Source of the DNA: a virus
Lineage: Duplodnaviria > Caudoviricetes
Reading direction: 5' to 3' (one strand)
Virus record (IMG/VR): IMGVR_UViG_3300010429_000387
Location: 96,001 to 160,000 of that record
Length of the DNA stretch: 64,000 nucleotides
The first letter of the stretch is position 1. Every line of letters starts with the position of its first letter. The position numbers and the translations under genes are program-made. Below, piece by piece: positions 9,603 to 17,884 of this stretch. The notes under the pieces are model-generated. The model worked only from the letters and a program-made list of their open reading frames with translations. It was not told the DNA's origin and searched no databases.

Positions 9603-10261
9603 CCCGACGCCAGCGAGTCCGGAACCTTCAGGACCAGGTGACGACGGTCAAGGCTATCCGGGACCAGCTAGCTGAGGACCTGGCGGGTAAGGAGAGGGAG
9701 ATTGAGGCCCTTGCCGCCCGCCAGGAGGTCCTTTCCAAGGTTTCAGAGCTGTACCGTGTGCTCATGGACCGGATGGTCATGGGGCAGGTCAAGGTCATCG
9801 AACGGGTGGTGACCGAGGGTCTCAGGACGATCTTCTTCGACCAGGACCTCAGCTTCAAAGCGGAGCTGTCCTCGAAGTACAACCGGGTGTCTGCTGACTT
9901 CTTCATCTGCCAAGGGGACCCGGAGAACGGTGGCATCAAGGGGTCCCCCCTCGACTCGTTCGGGGGTGGCCCATCGAGCATCACCAGCCTGATTCTTCGG
10001 ATCCTCACCCTCCTTCGGCTCAAGCGTCGGAAGTTGCTGCTTCTCGATGAGACCTTGGCAGCGGTGTCAGATGACTACATCGAGACCACCGGTCAGTTCC
10101 TCAAGAAGCTGTCTGAAACGACCGACCTACCGATTCTCATGGTGACGCACAAGCCAGCTTTCCTTGACCACTCGGCTACTGCCTACCAGGGGGACTCCAG
10201 GGTCTCTGCCACCACTGGGAAGAGCCACTTCATGGTCAAGAAGCTACGAGGTGCCGTATGA
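9566..10261 (+). CDS. Rad50/SbcC-like ATPase, C-terminal half
   Basis: Short coil, signature-like DSFGGG, Walker B LLLLDE and H-switch MVTH. No Walker A. Confidence 0.82.
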   Translation: MQGDSIHALKGLTRRQRVRNLQDQVTTVKAIRDQLAEDLAGKEREIEALAARQEVLSKVSELYRVLMDRMVMGQVKVIERVVTEGLRTIFFDQDLSFKAELSSKYNRVSADFFICQGDPENGGIKGSPLDSFGGGPSSITSLILRILTLLRLKRRKLLLLDETLAAVSDDYIETTGQFLKKLSETTDLPILMVTHKPAFLDHSATAYQGDSRVSATTGKSHFMVKKLRGAV

Positions 10262-10785
10262 GGACGGGAGCAGAGATCAGGTCACGGGTTCGGGAGTTGG
10301 TCTCCCAAGAACTTGACCGAAGAATCCAGGAAGCCTCCGAGCGCCTTCCCCACCGATGTACCCACAACTACAAGCATCCCCTCGACACTCGAAAGCATGT
10401 GGAGGGGGAACGGAACGAAGGGTACAACCGAATCACCCTGGAGGATGGGAGCCCAGTTCCTCAACGTATTGGGCTTTGCCTCCTTGGGTCTGAGAATCCA
10501 GAGGAGTGGGGCGGGACCATTTGTGATGAGCCCATCGACGCCAAGAAGTGCCCCTACTTCACCCCGGCCAAGAGCAAAGAAGACCTGATCCCTGAGCTGG
10601 AGGAGAACCTTCGGGATGCCTCCTGGGTTGAGGAGCATCTACCAGAGGTCCACGCTCTTATCTGGGTGCTCGGGGAGGTCACGCTTCGGGTCCCCTGGTG
10701 GAGAAAGCTCCTCTTCCGGTTCAAGCTCATTCGTACTGAGCCGGTTCTCCCCCCTATCGACCCATCTAAGCTGCTGGCCCCATGA
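10258..10785 (+). CDS. Hypothetical four-Cys protein
   Basis: Coupled to both neighbours by ATGA overlaps; four Cys; PWWRKLLF near the C-terminus. Confidence 0.7.
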   Translation: MRTGAEIRSRVRELVSQELDRRIQEASERLPHRCTHNYKHPLDTRKHVEGERNEGYNRITLEDGSPVPQRIGLCLLGSENPEEWGGTICDEPIDAKKCPYFTPAKSKEDLIPELEENLRDASWVEEHLPEVHALIWVLGEVTLRVPWWRKLLFRFKLIRTEPVLPPIDPSKLLAP

Positions 10786-11366
10786 ACTTCTCGATCCTCT
10801 CCTACTTGCTCACCACTGAGCGCTACCGCCAGAGAGCTGCTAGTGGGGGAGGCTTCTCGGTTCCTGTTATGTCGGAGCGAGAGGTACCACCCACTGCGCA
10901 ACCTCTGTTGGTGACCAACGCCAGGGGAGGGTTCTCCCCTACAGTGCGGAACAGCGAGGGTTACGCTAGGTTTGGATTTTCCCCTGTCCCACTTGGGGAC
11001 GAGCCAAGGTTGTTCCTAGCTCTTCTTGATGCTCTCTGGGATCTCTCAGTAGCTTCCAACTGGGAAAACCGGTTCAACACGGTATCGGATGCCTTGTCTC
11101 ACATGCGGGCCTCTTCGTTTCAACCGAAGAGCTTGGTAATCTCAGAAGACCTTGTTGCCTCCTTCTCCAAGGACCTGGGTGGTGTAAGCGTAGGTGAGTT
11201 GGAGGGGGTTCGGGTTCTCTCAGCGAAGCTGCCACTTGGGTCTGCACTTCTTGTCACTGACCCTGCCTCGTTCGGTGTCTACACAAGAGTGGGGGACCAT
11301 CTTGGTCTTCAGCTCTTCAACGTGCGCCAAACAGCATCGGTGATAAGAACGGATGGCCTGGCTTGA
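10782..11366 (+). CDS. Hypothetical protein resembling the C-terminal part of the major capsid protein
   Basis: Aligns by eye to 37118..37990 (see findings). Confidence 0.55.
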   Translation: MNFSILSYLLTTERYRQRAASGGGFSVPVMSEREVPPTAQPLLVTNARGGFSPTVRNSEGYARFGFSPVPLGDEPRLFLALLDALWDLSVASNWENRFNTVSDALSHMRASSFQPKSLVISEDLVASFSKDLGGVSVGELEGVRVLSAKLPLGSALLVTDPASFGVYTRVGDHLGLQLFNVRQTASVIRTDGLA

Positions 11367-12057
11367 TGATTTCACCTTCTACTCGCATGATAACCTGGAT
11401 GAACGGGTCCGGGAGTCTTTGTGGGGTCGTGGTGTCTCAGAGGAGCAGATAGATGCTTTCCGGCTGGGTTACGTTGACGGAGTGCTCCCCTCACAGATCG
11501 AGTTCCCAGACGAGTTCCGGGAGTGGTCCCATCGGGGCCAGAAGCTAGCCGACTCCTACGTCCTCCCGCTCACCAATCCCCTGGGCGAGATTCTGGGGGT
11601 CCAGTTTCGGTCTGTGGAACGAGGTAACCGAGGGTACCTCGACTTCTTCTTGACCAGGTCGGAGCCCGTGCTCCTAGGTCTGGCTCAGGCCATGCCCTAC
11701 ATCTGGGATACCGGAACCATCTGCATCGTTGAGGGTGGTTTCGACTTGTTCCCCGTACAGCGGGTGTTCCCCTTCACAGTACCTACACTCACCTCCAAGG
11801 TGAACGAGGTTCTACTGCGTTGGCTACATCGACTTGTTCAGCGGGTGGTTCTGTTCTACGATGCCGACTCTGCTGGTAGAAGTGCTAGCTTCGACTTCAT
11901 CAAGGAGCACGGTTCCGGGTTCGATGTTCGGCCGTTGGAGTACCCTAGAGGTGTAAGACTACCGAACGGAAAGCCAGTGAAGGACCCGGCTGACCTTTGG
12001 GAAGCCTGGGGGGACGACAAGCTCGCTGAATACCTCAAGGCCCAGATTTCGGAGTGA
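11353..12057 (+). CDS. DnaG-like primase catalytic (TOPRIM) domain
   Basis: FRLGY, LPLTNPLGEILGVQFR, IVEGGFD, LFYDADSAG, KDPAD. No N-terminal zinc-binding domain. Confidence 0.85.
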   Translation: MAWLDDFTFYSHDNLDERVRESLWGRGVSEEQIDAFRLGYVDGVLPSQIEFPDEFREWSHRGQKLADSYVLPLTNPLGEILGVQFRSVERGNRGYLDFFLTRSEPVLLGLAQAMPYIWDTGTICIVEGGFDLFPVQRVFPFTVPTLTSKVNEVLLRWLHRLVQRVVLFYDADSAGRSASFDFIKEHGSGFDVRPLEYPRGVRLPNGKPVKDPADLWEAWGDDKLAEYLKAQISE

Positions 12058-12059
12058 CC

Positions 12060-12551
12060 ATGCCGCAAACCTACGAGAACGCTGAAGCAGTCGAGACCAT
12101 CGCCAACCAGCTCATCGGTACCTATCACCCTGAGTTGGCTACCGCCAAGTTCCGCTACCTTTTCAAGGAGAAGGCTGGGAAGAAGGGCGGGAAAGCTGTC
12201 CTGGGTACCGTCAAGAAGATGAGTGATCTCATGGTCTTCCTCATCGACGCCCAGTTCTTGATGGAGATCCCTCTCGATGTCTGGAACGAGATGGATGCCC
12301 AGAAGCGAACGGCCCTGGTGGACCACCTCCTGGAGCGCTGCACCGGGGAAGAGGATGAGCAGACGGCCGAGATGAAGTGGAGCACTCGGGAGCCAGACGT
12401 TCACGAGTTCAGCTCAATCCTTCGTCGTCACGGGGCCTGGACAGAGGACCTCTCCGGGTTCGTCTCCGTGGCTCAGACGGTTGACTTGAGCTTCATGACG
12501 GCTGCTGAGGGTGAGGAGGATTCCGAAGTCCAGACAGCGGTCAATGCCTAA
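12060..12551 (+). CDS. Putative phage metallopeptidase-like protein with degenerate HExxH
   Basis: W..MD..KRTALVDHLLERC and PDVHEFSSILRRHGAW fit the phage metallopeptidase pattern. Confidence 0.6.
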   Translation: MPQTYENAEAVETIANQLIGTYHPELATAKFRYLFKEKAGKKGGKAVLGTVKKMSDLMVFLIDAQFLMEIPLDVWNEMDAQKRTALVDHLLERCTGEEDEQTAEMKWSTREPDVHEFSSILRRHGAWTEDLSGFVSVAQTVDLSFMTAAEGEEDSEVQTAVNA

Positions 12552-12563
12552 GGGGGTTCTGCT

Positions 12564-14120
12564 GTGTGGGATACCAAACATCGACCCCTGACTTTTGCCG
12601 ATGTTTTGGGTCAGAGCGGAACCGTTCAAGTCCTGAAAGCTAGGCTCAAGAACGGTACCGCCCTCGACACCAACTACATCTTCAGTGGAGGTTCGGGCCA
12701 AGGCAAGACAACCCTGGCCCGGATCTTTGCTCGGGCACTGCTTTGTCAACAGCTTGACAAGAACAACCCGGAACCGTGCAACAAGTGCGACAACTGCACC
12801 TCGATCCTCAACGACAGCTCAAGGGCCTTCGTTGAGCAGGATGCCGCCAGTCAGGGGAACATCGAGCAGGTTCGCAAGATCGTAGAGGACCTCCCATTCG
12901 CTGTGTTCGGGGCCTCCAAGCGCATTTACCTGTTCGATGAGTGCCACCGGATGAGCAAGGACGCCCAAGATGTCCTCCTCAAGCCGTTGGAGGAGCGGAA
13001 GCTCCTTGGGATGTTCTGCACAACGGAGCCAGAGAAGGTTCGGGGTGCCATCCGGTCCAGGTGCGAGGAGTATCATATCCGGAAGGTCACACGGGATGAT
13101 GTTCTTGCCCGGATGAAGATGATCCTTGCGGCTGAGGGAGTCGAGCATGATGATGAGGCGGTCCTGATCGTCATCGACTTCTGTGGGGGTCATGTTCGAG
13201 ACGTTGTGAACCGTCTGGAGATGATCTCCCAGATGGGGGCGATCACGGTTGAGAGTGTCCGGGAATACCTGAACCTCTCAGTTGTTTCCACCTACTACGA
13301 AGTTCTTCTTCGGATCCCAGGTGACACCAAGGGCGCCCTAGCCCTAATCGACAAGGCTTGCGAGAGGGTAACCCCGGAGGAGATCGCTTCCGGCCTAGCT
13401 GAATCAGCTATGAACTCCTTTCGCCTAGCCAACGGGATGAATGCGGACTTCACCTTCGCTGACAAGGCCCTGAGTCAGCAGGTGAGTAACCTGTATGGCC
13501 CCCAACTCATCAGGGTTGCTGAGTATTTCCTCAGGTCAAGGTATGTGACCCAGGTTGGTCTCATCTGTGACCTGGTGTCCCTGGCTCAGCAGTTGGGCTC
13601 TGGTCAGCCTATTGCGGCCCCCAGGGCGGCCCCCAGGGCGTCTTTCCAACCGCTACCGACCCAACCCCCGACTCAGGTGGCTCAAGCTCCTGTGGTGGTC
13701 TATGCCTCTTCTGAGCCCCTAGTCCAACCTGAGCCTGTGGTTGAGTCACCGGTCCAACCTGTGGTTGATCCACCAGCCCACTCCTTGGGGGTAACCCCAG
13801 CTCAGGCTGAAACGGTAGCAGACCCACCACCCTCGCCCTCAGCGGCTTCAACCCCCCCTGTCCTTCCCCTTGAGAGTGTCAAGTTGGATGAGTCCGGGCT
13901 TCGTTCGGATGGGGTTGGGAATCTTGGATCATCTGATAAGCGGGCTCAAACTGAGCTAGATGTCCATGTAGTTCCATTGGAACTACCAGGGTCCCAGAAG
14001 AAGTCGGTAGAGATCAACTTCAACAATCGCTCAAAGGACGGTCGAGACATTCTCCCACCATCTGTGTGGCGCCGAGAGTTCCAAGAGCTTCTGAGAAGAG
14101 GAGCCTCCGGTGCCAACTGA
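12564..14120 (+). CDS. dnaX: Clamp loader, DNA polymerase III gamma/tau-like
   Basis: KHRPLTFADVLGQ, GGSGQGKTT, C...PCNKCDNC zinc module, LFDECH, IRSRC; Pro-rich tail. Confidence 0.9.
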   Translation: MWDTKHRPLTFADVLGQSGTVQVLKARLKNGTALDTNYIFSGGSGQGKTTLARIFARALLCQQLDKNNPEPCNKCDNCTSILNDSSRAFVEQDAASQGNIEQVRKIVEDLPFAVFGASKRIYLFDECHRMSKDAQDVLLKPLEERKLLGMFCTTEPEKVRGAIRSRCEEYHIRKVTRDDVLARMKMILAAEGVEHDDEAVLIVIDFCGGHVRDVVNRLEMISQMGAITVESVREYLNLSVVSTYYEVLLRIPGDTKGALALIDKACERVTPEEIASGLAESAMNSFRLANGMNADFTFADKALSQQVSNLYGPQLIRVAEYFLRSRYVTQVGLICDLVSLAQQLGSGQPIAAPRAAPRASFQPLPTQPPTQVAQAPVVVYASSEPLVQPEPVVESPVQPVVDPPAHSLGVTPAQAETVADPPPSPSAASTPPVLPLESVKLDESGLRSDGVGNLGSSDKRAQTELDVHVVPLELPGSQKKSVEINFNNRSKDGRDILPPSVWRREFQELLRRGASGAN

Positions 14121-15975
14121 GTGGGTCGTACTAGAGCTAACATCTCAAGGGGAGGATGAAGATCCTGAAGTCCTGAAGAAAGCCTTTGCTCGTATCGTCA
14201 AAGGAGGGGACGTTTTCATCCCCGCTTCAATCTCGATTGTAGGGGACTCCAGGGTAGTACACAAGCTGATTGACAACTACGTCTTCGTGAAGCGTACTTT
14301 CCCGGACTCCTTCTTCTTGAAATTGGAGGGGTCCAAGTACGTTGCGTGCGTTCTGACTGTAGCTCACAGCTCTAGTGGGACCCGTAAGATAGCCTGTGTA
14401 TCTGAGTCAGACATCGAGAAGATGCGTCGCCAGATCCAGGTCGAGACTGAGCAGGGTATCGAGGTTGGTGACGAGGTAGAGGTCATGAGCGGCCCCTACA
14501 AGGGGATCACAGGTAAGGTCATTGAGGAGATCCCTGAGAACGATAGCGTTCAAGTTTACATCAGTCTCCGCTCAAAGCAGGCCCTAGTCACACTACCTCG
14601 TAGCTTCATGAGGTTTGTGGCGAAAGACAAGGGTGACCAACCTTCATTCTCCCCGTTCCTCAACAAGATCACAAGGATTCGGGAGTGGGTCACACGGGTT
14701 CGTCCGTTCTTCCTTTGGTCCCCGAGTCCGATTCGGCTGGTGCAGTCGAAGTATACAGGGGTGCTTCAACTGGAAGAGTGGATGCACAGAGGGAACTCTT
14801 TGGTCAAGCTGTTGGTTGACCCCCCAGCACCAACATCCTTGGTGGGGGTTGGTGGTGTGTCAATCGCAGATAGATTTGAGCATACCCAGAGGATGAGCCG
14901 CTTCATAGAGCGTGCTCCGGCCTTGTTCCACCTCTCACGGATGCCCGTCCATGACATCACACCCCTGGAGTCGAAGTACATCGAGGTCCAGTGGTTTCAG
15001 GACGTTCTACACAGGACTGCCGCTCTTCAGGAGTCGATTGAAGGGATCGAAAGGTCCATCCCAGATTGGAAGCCCCCGATGGTTCAGAACCTCATCTTCG
15101 ACGGTCACAACCTGGCGTACAGGGTTGTGAATGCTCTCCGAGCAATCCCAAACCAACTTACGGACAAGGACGGGAACCCAACCTCCTTGATCTTTGGCTT
15201 CCTGAAGAGCCTGGCTTCGTTCAAGAAGCGTTTTGACAGAGCTAACATCTATGTTGTCTGGGACGGCTCAAAACAACGCAGGGCCTCTCTGTTCCCAGAG
15301 TACAAGGCACAACGCCCTGAATCTGGGAACGGTGGTGAGGTCAGTGACCAGATGTCCAAGCTCCGGAAGCTACTCCCGCTGTTGGGCGTTACCCAGGCGT
15401 ACAACCCGGATGAAGAGACAGATGACCTTATTGCTTGCTTGGTCAAGGGTCGCCTCAAGGGACAGCACAACGTCATTGTTTCCACTGACCGGGACTTCCT
15501 ACAGTTGGTGACATACACCGACCTATTGTTGGTTCCGAAGGTGGGCTCAAGGCAGGAAATCCTTTACGACCCTGACCGAGTTGTGGAAGAGTACGGGGTC
15601 GCCCCAAGCAAGATGGTCCACCTCCGAGCACTTGTAGGAGACACATCGGACAACTTCCCTGGGGTTCCTAGGGTACCAAGAAAGGTTCTAGCAGCCTTGT
15701 TGAACACGCATGGATCTCTCACGGGGCTATTTGCCTCTAGTCTGGCTGGTATCACCTCAGCACAGTACGAGAAGATTCGTGCGTTCGAGCAACAGGCACG
15801 TCTGAACTTCCAGTTAATGACACTCCGAGACGACGTTGAGTGTCCCATCACGGAGGCAGCTCCAGATCAGGAGGCGGCCTCTTCGGCTATGTTGGCTTCG
15901 GAGATCCAACCAGAGTCCATCGTAGGGGTTTTCTTTGCGAACAGCCCCAGTCAGGGTTTCGCTAAGTCAAATTGA
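14110..15975 (+). CDS. Fusion of a NusG-like (NGN+KOW) domain and a 5'-3' exonuclease/flap endonuclease
   Basis: N-part: WVVLEL..., VFIP, NYVFV, GDEVEVMSGPYKGITGKV (KOW). C-part: FDGHNLAYR, VVWDG, PEYKAQR, ETDDLIA, STDRDFLQL, GDTSDNFPGV. Confidence 0.85.
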   Translation: MPTEWVVLELTSQGEDEDPEVLKKAFARIVKGGDVFIPASISIVGDSRVVHKLIDNYVFVKRTFPDSFFLKLEGSKYVACVLTVAHSSSGTRKIACVSESDIEKMRRQIQVETEQGIEVGDEVEVMSGPYKGITGKVIEEIPENDSVQVYISLRSKQALVTLPRSFMRFVAKDKGDQPSFSPFLNKITRIREWVTRVRPFFLWSPSPIRLVQSKYTGVLQLEEWMHRGNSLVKLLVDPPAPTSLVGVGGVSIADRFEHTQRMSRFIERAPALFHLSRMPVHDITPLESKYIEVQWFQDVLHRTAALQESIEGIERSIPDWKPPMVQNLIFDGHNLAYRVVNALRAIPNQLTDKDGNPTSLIFGFLKSLASFKKRFDRANIYVVWDGSKQRRASLFPEYKAQRPESGNGGEVSDQMSKLRKLLPLLGVTQAYNPDEETDDLIACLVKGRLKGQHNVIVSTDRDFLQLVTYTDLLLVPKVGSRQEILYDPDRVVEEYGVAPSKMVHLRALVGDTSDNFPGVPRVPRKVLAALLNTHGSLTGLFASSLAGITSAQYEKIRAFEQQARLNFQLMTLRDDVECPITEAAPDQEAASSAMLASEIQPESIVGVFFANSPSQGFAKSN

Positions 15976-15988
15976 GGGAGGAGTCGTT

Positions 15989-16621
15989 ATGAGCGGAGGC
16001 TATGTCATTTCGGTTGACCCAGCAGAGCTGGCAACCAGGTTTGCTACACAGGAACCGCTCTTCGATGAGATTGACGAGGATCCTGAGGGTCCCAATGTCG
16101 AGCCTCTTCTATCCACCCTCAACTTCGAGAACCAGATCAAGCCACTCCTCGACCGTATCCCCGAGAGAGAGGCTGACCTGATTCAGCTCTACTACATCCA
16201 GAAAAAGCGCCAGGCCGACATTGCCGAGATTTTCGGTGTGACCCAGGCAGCCATAAGCTACCGTCTGGACCGTGGCCTTCAACGCATCCGCTTCTTGCTT
16301 TCCATCCCCCAGGTGACCGAGGAGGACATGCGCCGGGACCTGCCAGGTGTACCCTTCAAGGTGATCGACGTGGATATCCTGGTAGGTATGTGGCAAACGA
16401 CCTGCCAGAGTGAGGTGGCCTCTCGGCTGGGCCTCACCCAAGGTCGGGTCCGTCACCGCTTCTTTGGGGCTGTCAAGCAGCTCGAAAGGAAGGCCAAGGA
16501 GGATGAGCGGTTCGACCCATATCATCGGGTCTTCTCTGCTATCGCCAGCAAGCGGTTCAACATTCTCCGAGAGGTCAAGCTCCCCCAGTGGAGCAACCGT
16601 GGTGGGGATGGGTGCTTCTGA
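15989..16621 (+). CDS. Protein with two tandem sigma70 region-4-like HTH domains
   Basis: IPEREADLIQLYY..KRQADIAEIFGVTQAAISYRL and QSEVASRLGLTQGRVRHRF. GGAGG RBS before ATG 15989. Confidence 0.75.
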   Translation: MSGGYVISVDPAELATRFATQEPLFDEIDEDPEGPNVEPLLSTLNFENQIKPLLDRIPEREADLIQLYYIQKKRQADIAEIFGVTQAAISYRLDRGLQRIRFLLSIPQVTEEDMRRDLPGVPFKVIDVDILVGMWQTTCQSEVASRLGLTQGRVRHRFFGAVKQLERKAKEDERFDPYHRVFSAIASKRFNILREVKLPQWSNRGGDGCF

Positions 16622-16688
16622 GGGGTCTGTCCGCACCTCCTGAGTAGTGCGAGCATTTACTTGTATGCCCGGTGGTTAGAGGACCACC

Positions 16689-17594
16689 GTGCCGCTCGTA
16701 CAGAACCTCAAATACCACGACTACCAGTTCGAGTACGCTGTCCCAGCGGGGAAGTGGCGTTGGACTACTCGTCTCGACGTGTCTCAGTCGAGCCCAACCT
16801 ACTCGGTGCGGGATATCGTCTCACCCTACGGACTGCTTCGGGACTCGATTCCTATCCCTGGGGTAGTGATCCAGGCGATGGGGGAGAGCATCGTGGAGTT
16901 GCGATCCAACTTCACCCCAAGCATTCTTGTTGGGCCTCCGACTCAACTCGTTTTCGATGTGGACGAGGGGCGTGGCTATTCAGTCCCCCAGACCGTCCTT
17001 GTCACGAACGATGGGGTCTATGGGTCCATTCTCGGGGCTAGCCTGACCACTTCGGCACCCTTCGTTCGGGTAACCCCCACGACGGTATCGAACCTTGCCA
17101 TCAATGAGAGTGGCGAGTTCACCGTGGAGGTCAACTCGAAGGACCTTCTCGCTGTTGATGGCCCCTACCATGAGACCATCGTCATCCAAGACCCGGCCTC
17201 GGCCAACAGCCCACAGTCGGTGCCAGTTCTGATCAATGTTCGTCCCAAGGCGAGCATTGCCTCGGTGCCTACCGTGTTGGTTTTCAGTGTAGTTCGCCCC
17301 ATTGATGGGGCGTTCTCAACTGTACCTCCCCAGAGCTTCACGATCCAGAACCTTGGTTCCGCTGGATCGGTTCTGGAGTACGATATCCGGGCTCTGACTG
17401 GGCTTTGCTCGAACTGGCTTCGTAGCTGGCTCCCAGCTTCAGGGGTCCTGACCTCAGGGCAGTCTCAAGCCATTCAAGTCACAGTCCAACCCCCGGACAA
17501 CATGCTCCAGGGGTCCTACTCAGAAAAGCTCCGTGTATCCGGGTTCAGCTCGAACGGGTACCTGGACGTTGAAATTCGTCTTGTTATTTCGTGA
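16689..17594 (+). CDS. Putative virion protein with two Ig-like (BACON-like) domains
   Basis: Two beta-rich repeats (PTQLVF..QTVLVTNDG; PTVLVF..QSFTIQNLG..WL..P.SG.L..G.SQ.I.V.V). Confidence 0.55.
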   Translation: MPLVQNLKYHDYQFEYAVPAGKWRWTTRLDVSQSSPTYSVRDIVSPYGLLRDSIPIPGVVIQAMGESIVELRSNFTPSILVGPPTQLVFDVDEGRGYSVPQTVLVTNDGVYGSILGASLTTSAPFVRVTPTTVSNLAINESGEFTVEVNSKDLLAVDGPYHETIVIQDPASANSPQSVPVLINVRPKASIASVPTVLVFSVVRPIDGAFSTVPPQSFTIQNLGSAGSVLEYDIRALTGLCSNWLRSWLPASGVLTSGQSQAIQVTVQPPDNMLQGSYSEKLRVSGFSSNGYLDVEIRLVIS

Positions 17595-17601
17595 GGGCAG
17601 A

Positions 17602-17874
17602 ATGTCAGACCGCAACTTCGATCTGGGTGGTTTTGAGGTCCAGGGGTCCGCTGGGCTGGATGCCTTCTTTGCGAGGGAGCCTGCCATAGTGACCCCCTCC
17701 AAGGGGATGCGTAGAGTGGCATCCCTTCAGGACCTCAACGGATTCGTCCGTCTCTCCAACGACACCCTCATCCACAAGGCCGACAGGGACCTTTGGGCTA
17801 TCCGTCGCCAGGGTGATGGCTCGATGTTCGTTGAACGTATGTTCGATGACAGCGGATCACCCCTCAAGGTTTGA
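17602..17874 (+). CDS. Hypothetical protein
   Basis: GAGG RBS; 90 aa; contains RRVAS. Confidence 0.7.
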   Translation: MSDRNFDLGGFEVQGSAGLDAFFAREPAIVTPSKGMRRVASLQDLNGFVRLSNDTLIHKADRDLWAIRRQGDGSMFVERMFDDSGSPLKV

Positions 17875-17884
17875 AGGAGGCCCC

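Noticed and set aside
4900-9640. Split intein joining the two Rad50 halves
   Set aside because: The N-half ends CPTC..EHAHA with no intein N-block, and the C-half has no HN-[CST] junction near its start.
13600-14120. Programmed frameshift in dnaX (gamma/tau)
   Set aside because: No A-AAA-AAG or long A-run slippery site seen; only a short AAPRAAPRA coding duplication.
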